A DNA stretch of 64,000 nucleotides, taken from positions 62,001 through 126,000 of IMG/VR virus record IMGVR_UViG_3300033183_000491; one strand, written 5' to 3'. The stretch's first letter is position 1, and each line of letters begins with the position of its first letter. Shown in pieces: positions 30,568 through 39,665 of this stretch. The notes under the pieces were generated by a model. That model had not been told where the DNA came from. It made no database searches and saw only the letters and a program-made list of their open reading frames with translations. The translations under genes and the position numbers were made by a program.

Positions 30568-31386
30568 CGAGGCTCCGATTGGCAAATCAACCTCACTTTC
30601 TTCATGACAGTGTGAGCATAGCATATGAGATTTCATTTCAACTCCTGGTTCATGTTCGTCCAGGAATCTTCTAAGGGCAAGCGAATCTCTTGCAGGCATA
30701 TTTTGAACAAACAAACTAATTTTATTCTTATCAGAGATATTTTCAATTGAGAGAATAGAACGAGAAAGTCTATCTGTTACAGAACTCTCAACATTAAAGC
30801 CACTCTTTTTCTTTCTTTCATTGATGATCATCATTTCTCTTTCATCATGACCATTTAAGAATTTAACTTTTACGTTTTTCTTTGTGACAGGAAGTTGAAC
30901 TTCAAAAATGTTTTGTCCTATTTCAACAGGGTCAACTTGAAGTCTTTTAATAGGGAGACTTGAAAGATCAAAAGTTGATTTATTAGTCTTAGAACATTCT
31001 GGACATCCAATTTCTAGTGTGTAATCTGAGCCGTATCCTGTAATTCTAAGTGCAATAAGAAGAGCATTTCTATCACCTGAAATTAAATCGTCTGGGTCAA
31101 TAGATTTGTCAATTAAGCAGCTTTTAATAAGTTTTGAAATAACTGTTCCGTTTTTAATATAAGCTCTTGAAGTTAAAATATCTTCTTCTTTAGCTGTCAT
31201 TGGTTTGATTTCAAGAGTTTCTGTTCCAAGTAGGCTATCATTATTATAAATAACACCTCTTGATGGAAGAGGAACTGCTTCTGCTGCAATATCAATACCG
31301 AAGTCGTCAAGCATTACATTGCTTTTTTTAATAGGCCCACGATCATCAATATCAGATGGTTTAATTGGCTCATCTAATTTATTCAT
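30547..31386 (-). CDS. baseplate hub / tail assembly chaperone (T4 gp26-like)
   Basis: LPSRG..Y, MTAKEEDIL, GDRNALL..R...YG, CPEC and CSHC zinc pairs, FFWP end. Confidence 0.85.
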   Translation of the reverse strand: MNKLDEPIKPSDIDDRGPIKKSNVMLDDFGIDIAAEAVPLPSRGVIYNNDSLLGTETLEIKPMTAKEEDILTSRAYIKNGTVISKLIKSCLIDKSIDPDDLISGDRNALLIALRITGYGSDYTLEIGCPECSKTNKSTFDLSSLPIKRLQVDPVEIGQNIFEVQLPVTKKNVKVKFLNGHDEREMMIINERKKKSGFNVESSVTDRLSRSILSIENISDKNKISLFVQNMPARDSLALRRFLDEHEPGVEMKSHMLCSHCHEESEVDLPIGASFFWPDS

Positions 31387-31406
31387 CTTATCTCCAAATA
31401 TACATA

Positions 31407-34400
31407 CTATCTATTTACATTAATTATACCAATATTATTTTCATCTGTAAAATCATTTACGTTATTTATTAGATTATTAATTTGTATATTTTGGAAGAAA
31501 TCTTCATTTAAATTGTCTCCAAACAAAGAGAATCCAACATTACCTGAAATTGTATGTTCGAGATCTTCTAAGTTTGTTTTGTTTAAATTTGTAATAGGGA
31601 TATCAACAAAGTAATTTTTAATAATGCCTGATTGTCTGTAATTGTCAAAGAAATTTGTTAATTCAATAGAGAGTTGAGCTCTTGTATTTGCTAAAGGATT
31701 TGTCGACGAAGTCATATTAAATAGAACAGTATCATTATTAACAATAGGTTGAGTTATTAATAGATTCTTAAGATTTCTTTTTATATTTAAATAAATTCTG
31801 ACATTGTGAAACAGAGAAAATATATTTTTTCTTTGATTAATTAAAGTATTTGCTGAAAGTGGTTTTATTTTTTTATTAGCAGATAGAGTCCCGATAGGGT
31901 TAACAATATATTCTTTATTTTTTGTTTTTGTTAAGAGATTATCAAAATCATTATTTGAATAAATAAATTTAGAGTTTACAGGATTAGTAAATGTAATTAG
32001 ATTATTGTTATAATTTATACTATCGAGAGGCTGACTAATACTTTGACTTTGAGAAAGAGAATTTATAAATAACATAGAAGAAGGAACTTCTAGATTTAAA
32101 TCATCAACAACAGCTTCACATCTATTAAAAGTACTAATACTAAATCTAGAATTTAAGAATCTTAGTTTTTGCTGATCTAAACTAGTTTCAGTTCCATTAA
32201 TTAAACTAGATTTAACTTCATCTCTTTCATCTAATAAGTCAACTATATTTTTATCTAAATTATTAAAATAATATGTATCTTTAATTAAATTTTCATTCGA
32301 ATCGTACTCTAAAGTATCAAATACATATAAGAAATTTGAATCATCTCTTGATTTAACAACAATATCATCAACAATTTCAGGAGTATTAATACCTGGAATA
32401 TAGAAAACATCACATCTAAAATTATCATTATCTAATGCAATATCTTTAGCAACTTTATATGCATAAGTTGTTTGTCCTACAGTCTGATTAGGTATTTCAC
32501 CATCATATTCTCTTAAACAAGATTCATTAAGCATTTTTCTTTTATATTCATCAAGAATATTAATTCCATCAAACCCGCCATAAGAAAAGAAATCAAAACT
32601 TAAAAATCTCGAAGCAATTGCATCAGCTTCTGTTTCAGAATTAAGAACTTCATTAACATTAATATAATTAAAAGAATCAGGAATATGATCGATATCAGAC
32701 AAATCTTTTCCATCTCTTCTATAGAAAGAATATTGCCACTTATCATTTGTTGTTAATTCATTGGGAAGATATAAAATCTTTTCTAAATGAAAAAATCCAT
32801 TTTGACTATCACTATCAGTATCTTCTAAAGGTGTAATCCAAAACTTTTGATCTCTAAAGTCTTGAAAATATTTCGTATAACTGTGATAAAAATTATATTC
32901 ATCAGAAGAACTTTGCTGAAATGTGTCGAACATAAACTTATATGTATCGTTTTGCCCAACTAGAGAAACATCTTTAATTTCTCCTTTTAATGTTTTATCA
33001 AATTGAACTCCCCAATAACTATTGTCAATGTCATAATTTATTTTATTGTCACTAATTTCATTAATTTTTCTATTTGCGACATATAGTATCGGGTTCTGCA
33101 TTACAGAAACATCGTCTGTTACATCCAGATTACTCTCGTTTATGTTCAAATGAGGATATGGAAAAAATCCACATGGAATCAAAAAAGATTCATTCTGCAT
33201 ATATTCTACATCATCATGTATTTCAACATAAATGTGGTTATTTGTTTTTTTATAGTCACCAACATGAATAACTTCTTTTGTATTCAAATCATAGTATTCA
33301 TATTCTGTCCCAATAATCTTCCCTATATAATTTTCACTTTTAGGATTTAAATCTAAGTCTCTAAAAGACATTAAATTCATAAAAGAGTTATTTTTATAGT
33401 CGTATTTATATACAATTAAATCGAATATTGACCAAGATTCTCTTTGATCTCTTTTAAAAGATTTACCTAGTCTTCTTGGGATTATTCTAAATCTATATTT
33501 GTTTCCTTTTTTACCATCTGAATATGAATGGAATCTAAACAGTTTTTTACATTCATTATGAAAATTCTGTCTAAAACCTTCTTGTCTATATAAAGGTTGG
33601 GAAACGACCCAAGGTGTTTTTGCTTTTTTATAAATACTTTCAAACGATTCAAAATTAACTGTAGGATTGGAACCACTATCAATTTCTTCATTCCAATTAT
33701 TTATACCTACTGTAACAAAATGTCTACTATTATCAGCATCACTTTTAACTGTCTGATTAAATGAACTAATGTTTCTAAATGATGCGTAATTTAAATTTCC
33801 TTTTTCAAGATAATAATCTGGTGATGTATTAAAATAGCTTTCAAAATAATTCTTTTTTAAATATCGGTTTGTTTCATCAGGAAATTCTAAAATAACTTTG
33901 TTTTTATTAAGAACGCCTTGTAAATATATTTTTGGATTTTTTAATGAAGACTCAGTATTACCATATTCAATAGAGTTATTACTACTAACTGAAGATAGTT
34001 TGTTGTATAAATCTTCTTGTTTAAAAGTGTCAAGTTCATCTGATTGCAGTTTAAACTTTGTTCCTTTTGCTGCAAAAACAATGTCAGTAATTAAACCTAG
34101 TTTTGTAATTGAAGAATCACCTGTAATTTGCTCAATATAGTCTCTATAAGGAGAAACATATCCGTCTAAATCTATATTTTCATAATATGATCCGAAAAAA
34201 GTAGTTTTTCCTTTACTTCCACCAGAAACAGCAAAAGAATTATCACCTTTGATTCCAGATGTTATACTTCCTTTTAAAACGTCATCGCCAACAATAAAAC
34301 CAGCATGTTCATATTTGTTTTGAGAGTTTAAGCCGTTTCCATCACCAATACCAAGAACTCTTGTATAAGTTAATTGATTACCATTATTTGACAACCAGAT

Positions 34401-34646
34401 GTTTGAAGTTAAAGGACCATATTGATCTTTTTGATATTCAAAGTCACCAAATATGTTTTCCCACGTATTTAAAGTTGCTTCAGACTTTCCAAAAGACAAT
34501 ATTTGTTGTGGAACAAAAGCAGGACCCATATTAGCTGTACCAACAACTGAAAGTGTTTCTTCAGTTAATGATACTGTTACCTCTTCTTTAAAAGAGTTAG
34601 GTGTTACAATATGACCACTTATTTGTGAATTGTTGACATTTGACAT
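31407..34646 (-). CDS. divergent tail sheath paralogue 3
   Basis: VGTA..GPAFVP, TRVLG.G, AKTPW, FRFH...DG, GGFDGIN, NVR motifs shared with the other two sheaths. Confidence 0.8.
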   Translation of the reverse strand: MSNVNNSQISGHIVTPNSFKEEVTVSLTEETLSVVGTANMGPAFVPQQILSFGKSEATLNTWENIFGDFEYQKDQYGPLTSNIWLSNNGNQLTYTRVLGIGDGNGLNSQNKYEHAGFIVGDDVLKGSITSGIKGDNSFAVSGGSKGKTTFFGSYYENIDLDGYVSPYRDYIEQITGDSSITKLGLITDIVFAAKGTKFKLQSDELDTFKQEDLYNKLSSVSSNNSIEYGNTESSLKNPKIYLQGVLNKNKVILEFPDETNRYLKKNYFESYFNTSPDYYLEKGNLNYASFRNISSFNQTVKSDADNSRHFVTVGINNWNEEIDSGSNPTVNFESFESIYKKAKTPWVVSQPLYRQEGFRQNFHNECKKLFRFHSYSDGKKGNKYRFRIIPRRLGKSFKRDQRESWSIFDLIVYKYDYKNNSFMNLMSFRDLDLNPKSENYIGKIIGTEYEYYDLNTKEVIHVGDYKKTNNHIYVEIHDDVEYMQNESFLIPCGFFPYPHLNINESNLDVTDDVSVMQNPILYVANRKINEISDNKINYDIDNSYWGVQFDKTLKGEIKDVSLVGQNDTYKFMFDTFQQSSSDEYNFYHSYTKYFQDFRDQKFWITPLEDTDSDSQNGFFHLEKILYLPNELTTNDKWQYSFYRRDGKDLSDIDHIPDSFNYINVNEVLNSETEADAIASRFLSFDFFSYGGFDGINILDEYKRKMLNESCLREYDGEIPNQTVGQTTYAYKVAKDIALDNDNFRCDVFYIPGINTPEIVDDIVVKSRDDSNFLYVFDTLEYDSNENLIKDTYYFNNLDKNIVDLLDERDEVKSSLINGTETSLDQQKLRFLNSRFSISTFNRCEAVVDDLNLEVPSSMLFINSLSQSQSISQPLDSINYNNNLITFTNPVNSKFIYSNNDFDNLLTKTKNKEYIVNPIGTLSANKKIKPLSANTLINQRKNIFSLFHNVRIYLNIKRNLKNLLITQPIVNNDTVLFNMTSSTNPLANTRAQLSIELTNFFDNYRQSGIIKNYFVDIPITNLNKTNLEDLEHTISGNVGFSLFGDNLNEDFFQNIQINNLINNVNDFTDENNIGIINVNR

Positions 34647-34709
34647 TTAACATCCTGTTTTTAACTTTATTATATAACTATTAATGTAGGTTAAAAAACA
34701 GGATGTTAA
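34647..34709 (-). promoter_or_regulatory. ~19-bp inverted repeat covering the sheath-3 RBS, with an AT motif in the loop
   Basis: TTAACATCCTGTTTTTAAC (34647-34665) / GTTAAAAAACAGGATGTTAA (34690-34709). Confidence 0.75.
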
Positions 34710-34725
34710 TATTTAATGATTTAAA

Positions 34726-35214
34726 TTAGTATTGAAGTACGCAGTTATCAAATCTGATTGTTAAAGAAATGTCTGCTGGTGCTTCATCATCATATGAAAG
34801 ATCACTAAAGTTTGCATTAGTTAAGAAAGCTCCTTTAATATCCCAAAGTTCAACAACTGTTCCAACAGGATCAAGCATCTTAAGTTGACAATCTCTTTTA
34901 TAGAAATCTGCATAACCAGCTCTACCACTAACAGATTCATAGTGTGTACGAATCCATTCCATAACTTGTTGCGCTCCACTTGGCGCAATAGGATCGTGAA
35001 GAGTAACATTCATTTGTTCGAATGTCATCTTACCTGCAACATATCTTTTTGCATTGATAAAGTTAATTTCTTGCTCACCAATTGAAAATGAAGGTCGACT
35101 AGCAGACTTAAGGATAAAGGCATCAATACCCTCAATTGCGAAGACCCATCTGTTCTTTCTTTTTGGCTCAAACTTATTCGGAATCATTTCCGTGACTGAA
35201 AGCGTCTCTGCCAT
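34726..35214 (-). CDS. tail tube protein (gp19-like)
   Basis: FEPKR.NRW, RP, DPIAPS..Q.VMEW, YKRD..L..LDP.G..VE.W...GAF. Confidence 0.92.
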   Translation of the reverse strand: MAETLSVTEMIPNKFEPKRKNRWVFAIEGIDAFILKSASRPSFSIGEQEINFINAKRYVAGKMTFEQMNVTLHDPIAPSGAQQVMEWIRTHYESVSGRAGYADFYKRDCQLKMLDPVGTVVELWDIKGAFLTNANFSDLSYDDEAPADISLTIRFDNCVLQY

Positions 35215-35249
35215 TTTATTATCTCCTAAAATTCTTTATATTATATATA

Positions 35250-38200
35250 TTAGTCTATTGAATTAGTTACAACGAAATCAAGTGAAATAAACTCTACAGA
35301 TTTGGTAGGTTGCAAATAAACTTTACCACGAATTGTATTGTTTTCAATATCATTTTGAGTTGTTGTTGATGTATCAATTTGAACTTTATAACGTTCTACA
35401 CCTTGACGTGCCTGAACTTCTGACATGATCGGCTCAACGAGTGAACTAAATCTATTAAGAGTTGAAGCTCTATTCGGCTCGAATAAGAGTGTATTAGCAA
35501 CTGCCTTAACTCTACGACGAATGTTAATCAAAAGTCTACGAACATTAATTCGATCAAGAGCTGATTGATTTTGTAACAAAGTCTTTTGTCCAAATGCATA
35601 AACCTCGTTTGTACGTCCTGATGGAACATAAATTGGATTAATGTCTGCATCATAAAGATCATTTAACAAATCTCGATTCATTTGAACCTTTGCATTACTT
35701 GCATTTAAACGTCCACGAGTTAAACCAGCTGGAGCAAACCAAGGATCAGCTAATGTATCATTTTGACTCATAACACCAAGTATACATACTGACGGAGGAA
35801 CCTGAATTGGTGTGTTATTTGACGATCTTCTTGAAATAACATCTGGGAAATATGCAGCTGCAAAAGATGTATCCAATCCACGATTTTCAAATGTTGTAAT
35901 TGTTTGACCAACGTGAGGCTTAATATCTGATGATGTAATAACTGCAGAATTCTTATCAGATTCTTGAATATCCATAACCAACATTGCATCAAATCTGCTT
36001 TCGCAAGCTGTAATTGCATAATCTGTTACTAAAGGTTCACGAATACCAGGAATTGCTAACAACTGAATCTCTGTTGCACTCTTATCTGAAAGAACGTCAA
36101 TTGCTCTCTTGTAAGATTCAACAGTTGGGCCAGTAAACTTGTTTGATCCTACCACTTCCTCGTTAGCTTCACGATGAGCAGCAACTGTACTTAAAGCAGC
36201 TTTTTCCTTGTTAAAGATATTAAGACCATCAAATCCACCTTGCATTAAACAACGGAACTTAAGAAACTTAACATTACCACCCTTAGCTGCAGTTGAAATG
36301 TCAAATGCAGAAAGATTAGAATTGTCACTCGAACCAGATCTTTCATAAACAGCTGATGCCCAATCTGACCCATCCCAGAAAATATTCTCAAGAGAGAAAG
36401 ATTCACTAGACAATTTAGAGAAAGAATAAGTTCCCATATCAGGATAAAATTTTGTCCAAGATCTAATACTTGGATTAAGTCTAATCTCACCTAACTCTTT
36501 ATGAAGACCACCATTTTCTTTCTTTGCAAATTTAACGCCCCACGCCAAATCAGAAGATGGTGATACAGATACACCAGATTGTCTCGTTAATGTCTTTACG
36601 AAAGGTAAAGGTAAAACCTCAAGATTCTCAAGAGTGTTTACTAGAAGTAAACGTGATTCACCTGATCCATTTGTTCCTGATTCATCAAATAATCCTGTAT
36701 AACCTGTGTTAAGTGTTACATACTCTGAGAATCCACAAGGAAGAGTCACATAATCCAAGTCACCAGACATAAGCTCTTCAGACATTTCAACCCAAACATA
36801 TTTGTTTCGAAGTTCAAAATCTCCATCTTCAACGAGCTTTCCTTTCTTGAAATCATAATAAACATTCTTGTTACCAATAACTCTACCAATAAAGTTTCTA
36901 TGGTCTGGGTCAAGTGTTAAATTCTTCCAAGACACAATAGACTCACCCTTGACAGGATCACTATCAAAACTCTCTAATGATAAACTAAATGTTGCCCACT
37001 CAGACGCTGTTGAACCTAGTCTTAAATCTGAAATAAGGATTCTAAATCTATCGTTTGCTATTGCACCATCATCTTGTGCATGTAGTCTAAATAGTTTCTT
37101 TGTTTGTCCACCAAACTTTTGAGACATAATCCAAGGAGATTTTGCTGTTCTGAATCTTGTGTCAAAGCCTTCAAAATTAGGACTGTCAGCTGTTTCAGTA
37201 TTTCTTGATCCTTGTGACGGTAAACAGAAAGCAGCAGTTTCTGAACTAGCTGCGGTATTTGTAGACGTATATACACCTGTTACATCAATTACTGAAACGT
37301 CTGGATCAACGTCCCAATGAGCATATAAATAATGTCCACATTCTTCAATCTTTTCTGGGTCTGTGTTTAAAACTTTAGCAAAGTAATTAACACTTTCAGG
37401 ATCAAATGAACAAGTTAAAACTGCTGGATGATCAGTGTTACTAAACCCATTTAATAAAACTGTAAAAGAATTATTATCTACTTTACCTAATTCGTAACCA
37501 ATTAAATCAGAAGCCTCAGTGCCACCAAAGTTTCTTAAAGTACCTTCGCTAGTTACAGATTTTCTTGCATCTGCATCTGTAGTAGAGACAGATGTGTATG
37601 TTCCATCTGTAACGTCTAATGTAGCTTTAACTCCTTGAGGAGTCATAAGTAGACCTCGAATTACAGGAATAGCTGATCCACTTCCTCCAGTTAAGTTTAA
37701 TTGTTGAATTCCAAAACTACTATCAATCCTTGTTCCATTAAATGAAGCCTTTATTGGAGAACCTTTTATTTTTAAAATAATACTATCACTAAAGAAATTA
37801 CCAACATCTGAATTAGTCTTTGCTTCAAGACTAAGATACATTAGATAAATATTACTTTCATCCTGAACTGCGTCGCTTATGATACCAAATGGTCTAATAT
37901 TTTGATCAGTTTGACTATTTCCAATAGTATCTCTTAAAACATCTTGAATTCTATTAACTGTTTCAACTTGATTTGTATTGTCGATTTCAATTTGATAATA
38001 TCCACTTACTAGAGTACCATTAACTGTTCCATCTGTATACTCAACAAATTTGTATCTTACTGTAGTATCTGTTGCAGTATTAAGAGATTTAAAATCAAAA
38101 GAAAATTCATTCCCGATTAAAGTATCACTAATATCAAATTCCAAGAAAAAAGTACTATTTTCAGTAATATTAGACCCAGTAGTATCAACTGTTGAGGATG

Positions 38201-39623
38201 TATTATCAATATCACTTACATTAACAAAGTTTGTAATCGCGCCTTTTAAAGAACTTGTAATAGTTAATGTTCCATTATTATTATTTACAAATGTATACGT
38301 AGGATCTCCTTGACCATCTAATTGGTTTGCTTCAGCAGCAGCTCGTCCAAAAGTAATAGCTTCAGCTATTCTTCCCGCTATATTTGTATTATTACCTAAT
38401 TGGTTTGAAATACCAATAACAACATTTCCTTGAGTATTGTCTCTAGCAGCTGCTGAATCTTGTGTTGTATCAATTCTAATTGTTAAATCATTTCCTAAAA
38501 TATCTGTTATAACAATAGTATCATCATTTAATGGGTTGCCAGAAATTGTAAGAGTAACAATTTCTGCAACTGCAGGTGTGTCGTAAATAGGACCAAGTGC
38601 AAGCTGAGTTTCTAAATCTGTTCCACTTGAAGAACTATTCCCTAATGATGAAAGGGTAATCGACCCTTCTGTATCTGTATTTAAGAAATATTTAACACTT
38701 GTATTTGTAGATTCTCCTGTTCCAACGTGACTAATTTCAATAAAGTTACTAACTAAATCTTTTGTAATAACATTTAAATAGTTTGATGATAAAATTTTAC
38801 TTGAGGGAAAAGCTATTCCTAATTCGCTTTGTCCACTAAATGCTTTTTCTAATTGACTTAAAAATCCGTCAATATCTAAACCATTAATACCGACGGATAT
38901 CTCATGTGGATCTGACTCTGTCCCAGCAGAATCAGTCAAATCTTCAGGGGTGATAGTTGATGATCCTGTTAAGAAAATAAATTTAAGCCATTTAATATCA
39001 CTTTCACCTACAGCTTTAATTAAAATAAAATCATCGTTTGAAGGTAACTCATCTCCAAGAGTAATTTTTAATCTAGAAGAAACATTCGAACTTTGAAGTC
39101 CTGCATCTTTTAAGAATTCACTTCCAGCAGCATCTTTCATGAAACATCCTAAGAAGTGTGTTCTTCCGACATCTTTTGCAGCAGTTTTTGAAGCTGCAGC
39201 ATTAGGTCCTGATTCATAAGCTGCATGTTGATTATCTGTTAAATCTGTTCCATCGTATGAAACTGAGTCACCAACGATAAAACCAGCACCTTGTGTTTTT
39301 TTATTTGAATCTAATGTACCGTCGCCATCACCAACGCCAAGAACTCGAACGTAAGCTCCAGCTTGAGCATTTCTCATCCATTCATTAATAGCAAGAGGAC
39401 CAAAGAGATTGGCGTTGCTATCTTGGCTAACTTCTGAAAGAGATCCGAAAATGTCTCCGAATTGTTGTGTATTTGCGAATGTTTTTGGTACGAAAGCAGG
39501 GCCACGTTTAGCAGGCCCTACAACTGCAGCAGGAACACCTTGAGGTAGAACTTCTTGGTCCCTAACTTGTGATAAATCTATTTCTCTTAGAGTAACTCTT
39601 GCTGAGCCTTGATTATCGGCCAT
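35250..39623 (-). CDS. tail sheath protein 2 with a large internal insertion
   Basis: EIDLS, GPAFVP, PWFAPAG..RG, INPI, FGQKTL, SALDRINVRRL, LFEPN, PTKSVEFI. Confidence 0.93.
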   Translation of the reverse strand: MADNQGSARVTLREIDLSQVRDQEVLPQGVPAAVVGPAKRGPAFVPKTFANTQQFGDIFGSLSEVSQDSNANLFGPLAINEWMRNAQAGAYVRVLGVGDGDGTLDSNKKTQGAGFIVGDSVSYDGTDLTDNQHAAYESGPNAAASKTAAKDVGRTHFLGCFMKDAAGSEFLKDAGLQSSNVSSRLKITLGDELPSNDDFILIKAVGESDIKWLKFIFLTGSSTITPEDLTDSAGTESDPHEISVGINGLDIDGFLSQLEKAFSGQSELGIAFPSSKILSSNYLNVITKDLVSNFIEISHVGTGESTNTSVKYFLNTDTEGSITLSSLGNSSSSGTDLETQLALGPIYDTPAVAEIVTLTISGNPLNDDTIVITDILGNDLTIRIDTTQDSAAARDNTQGNVVIGISNQLGNNTNIAGRIAEAITFGRAAAEANQLDGQGDPTYTFVNNNNGTLTITSSLKGAITNFVNVSDIDNTSSTVDTTGSNITENSTFFLEFDISDTLIGNEFSFDFKSLNTATDTTVRYKFVEYTDGTVNGTLVSGYYQIEIDNTNQVETVNRIQDVLRDTIGNSQTDQNIRPFGIISDAVQDESNIYLMYLSLEAKTNSDVGNFFSDSIILKIKGSPIKASFNGTRIDSSFGIQQLNLTGGSGSAIPVIRGLLMTPQGVKATLDVTDGTYTSVSTTDADARKSVTSEGTLRNFGGTEASDLIGYELGKVDNNSFTVLLNGFSNTDHPAVLTCSFDPESVNYFAKVLNTDPEKIEECGHYLYAHWDVDPDVSVIDVTGVYTSTNTAASSETAAFCLPSQGSRNTETADSPNFEGFDTRFRTAKSPWIMSQKFGGQTKKLFRLHAQDDGAIANDRFRILISDLRLGSTASEWATFSLSLESFDSDPVKGESIVSWKNLTLDPDHRNFIGRVIGNKNVYYDFKKGKLVEDGDFELRNKYVWVEMSEELMSGDLDYVTLPCGFSEYVTLNTGYTGLFDESGTNGSGESRLLLVNTLENLEVLPLPFVKTLTRQSGVSVSPSSDLAWGVKFAKKENGGLHKELGEIRLNPSIRSWTKFYPDMGTYSFSKLSSESFSLENIFWDGSDWASAVYERSGSSDNSNLSAFDISTAAKGGNVKFLKFRCLMQGGFDGLNIFNKEKAALSTVAAHREANEEVVGSNKFTGPTVESYKRAIDVLSDKSATEIQLLAIPGIREPLVTDYAITACESRFDAMLVMDIQESDKNSAVITSSDIKPHVGQTITTFENRGLDTSFAAAYFPDVISRRSSNNTPIQVPPSVCILGVMSQNDTLADPWFAPAGLTRGRLNASNAKVQMNRDLLNDLYDADINPIYVPSGRTNEVYAFGQKTLLQNQSALDRINVRRLLINIRRRVKAVANTLLFEPNRASTLNRFSSLVEPIMSEVQARQGVERYKVQIDTSTTTQNDIENNTIRGKVYLQPTKSVEFISLDFVVTNSID

Positions 39624-39665
39624 ATCTATAGTCTCCTGTTATTCTTTAAATCTTTATATTATATA

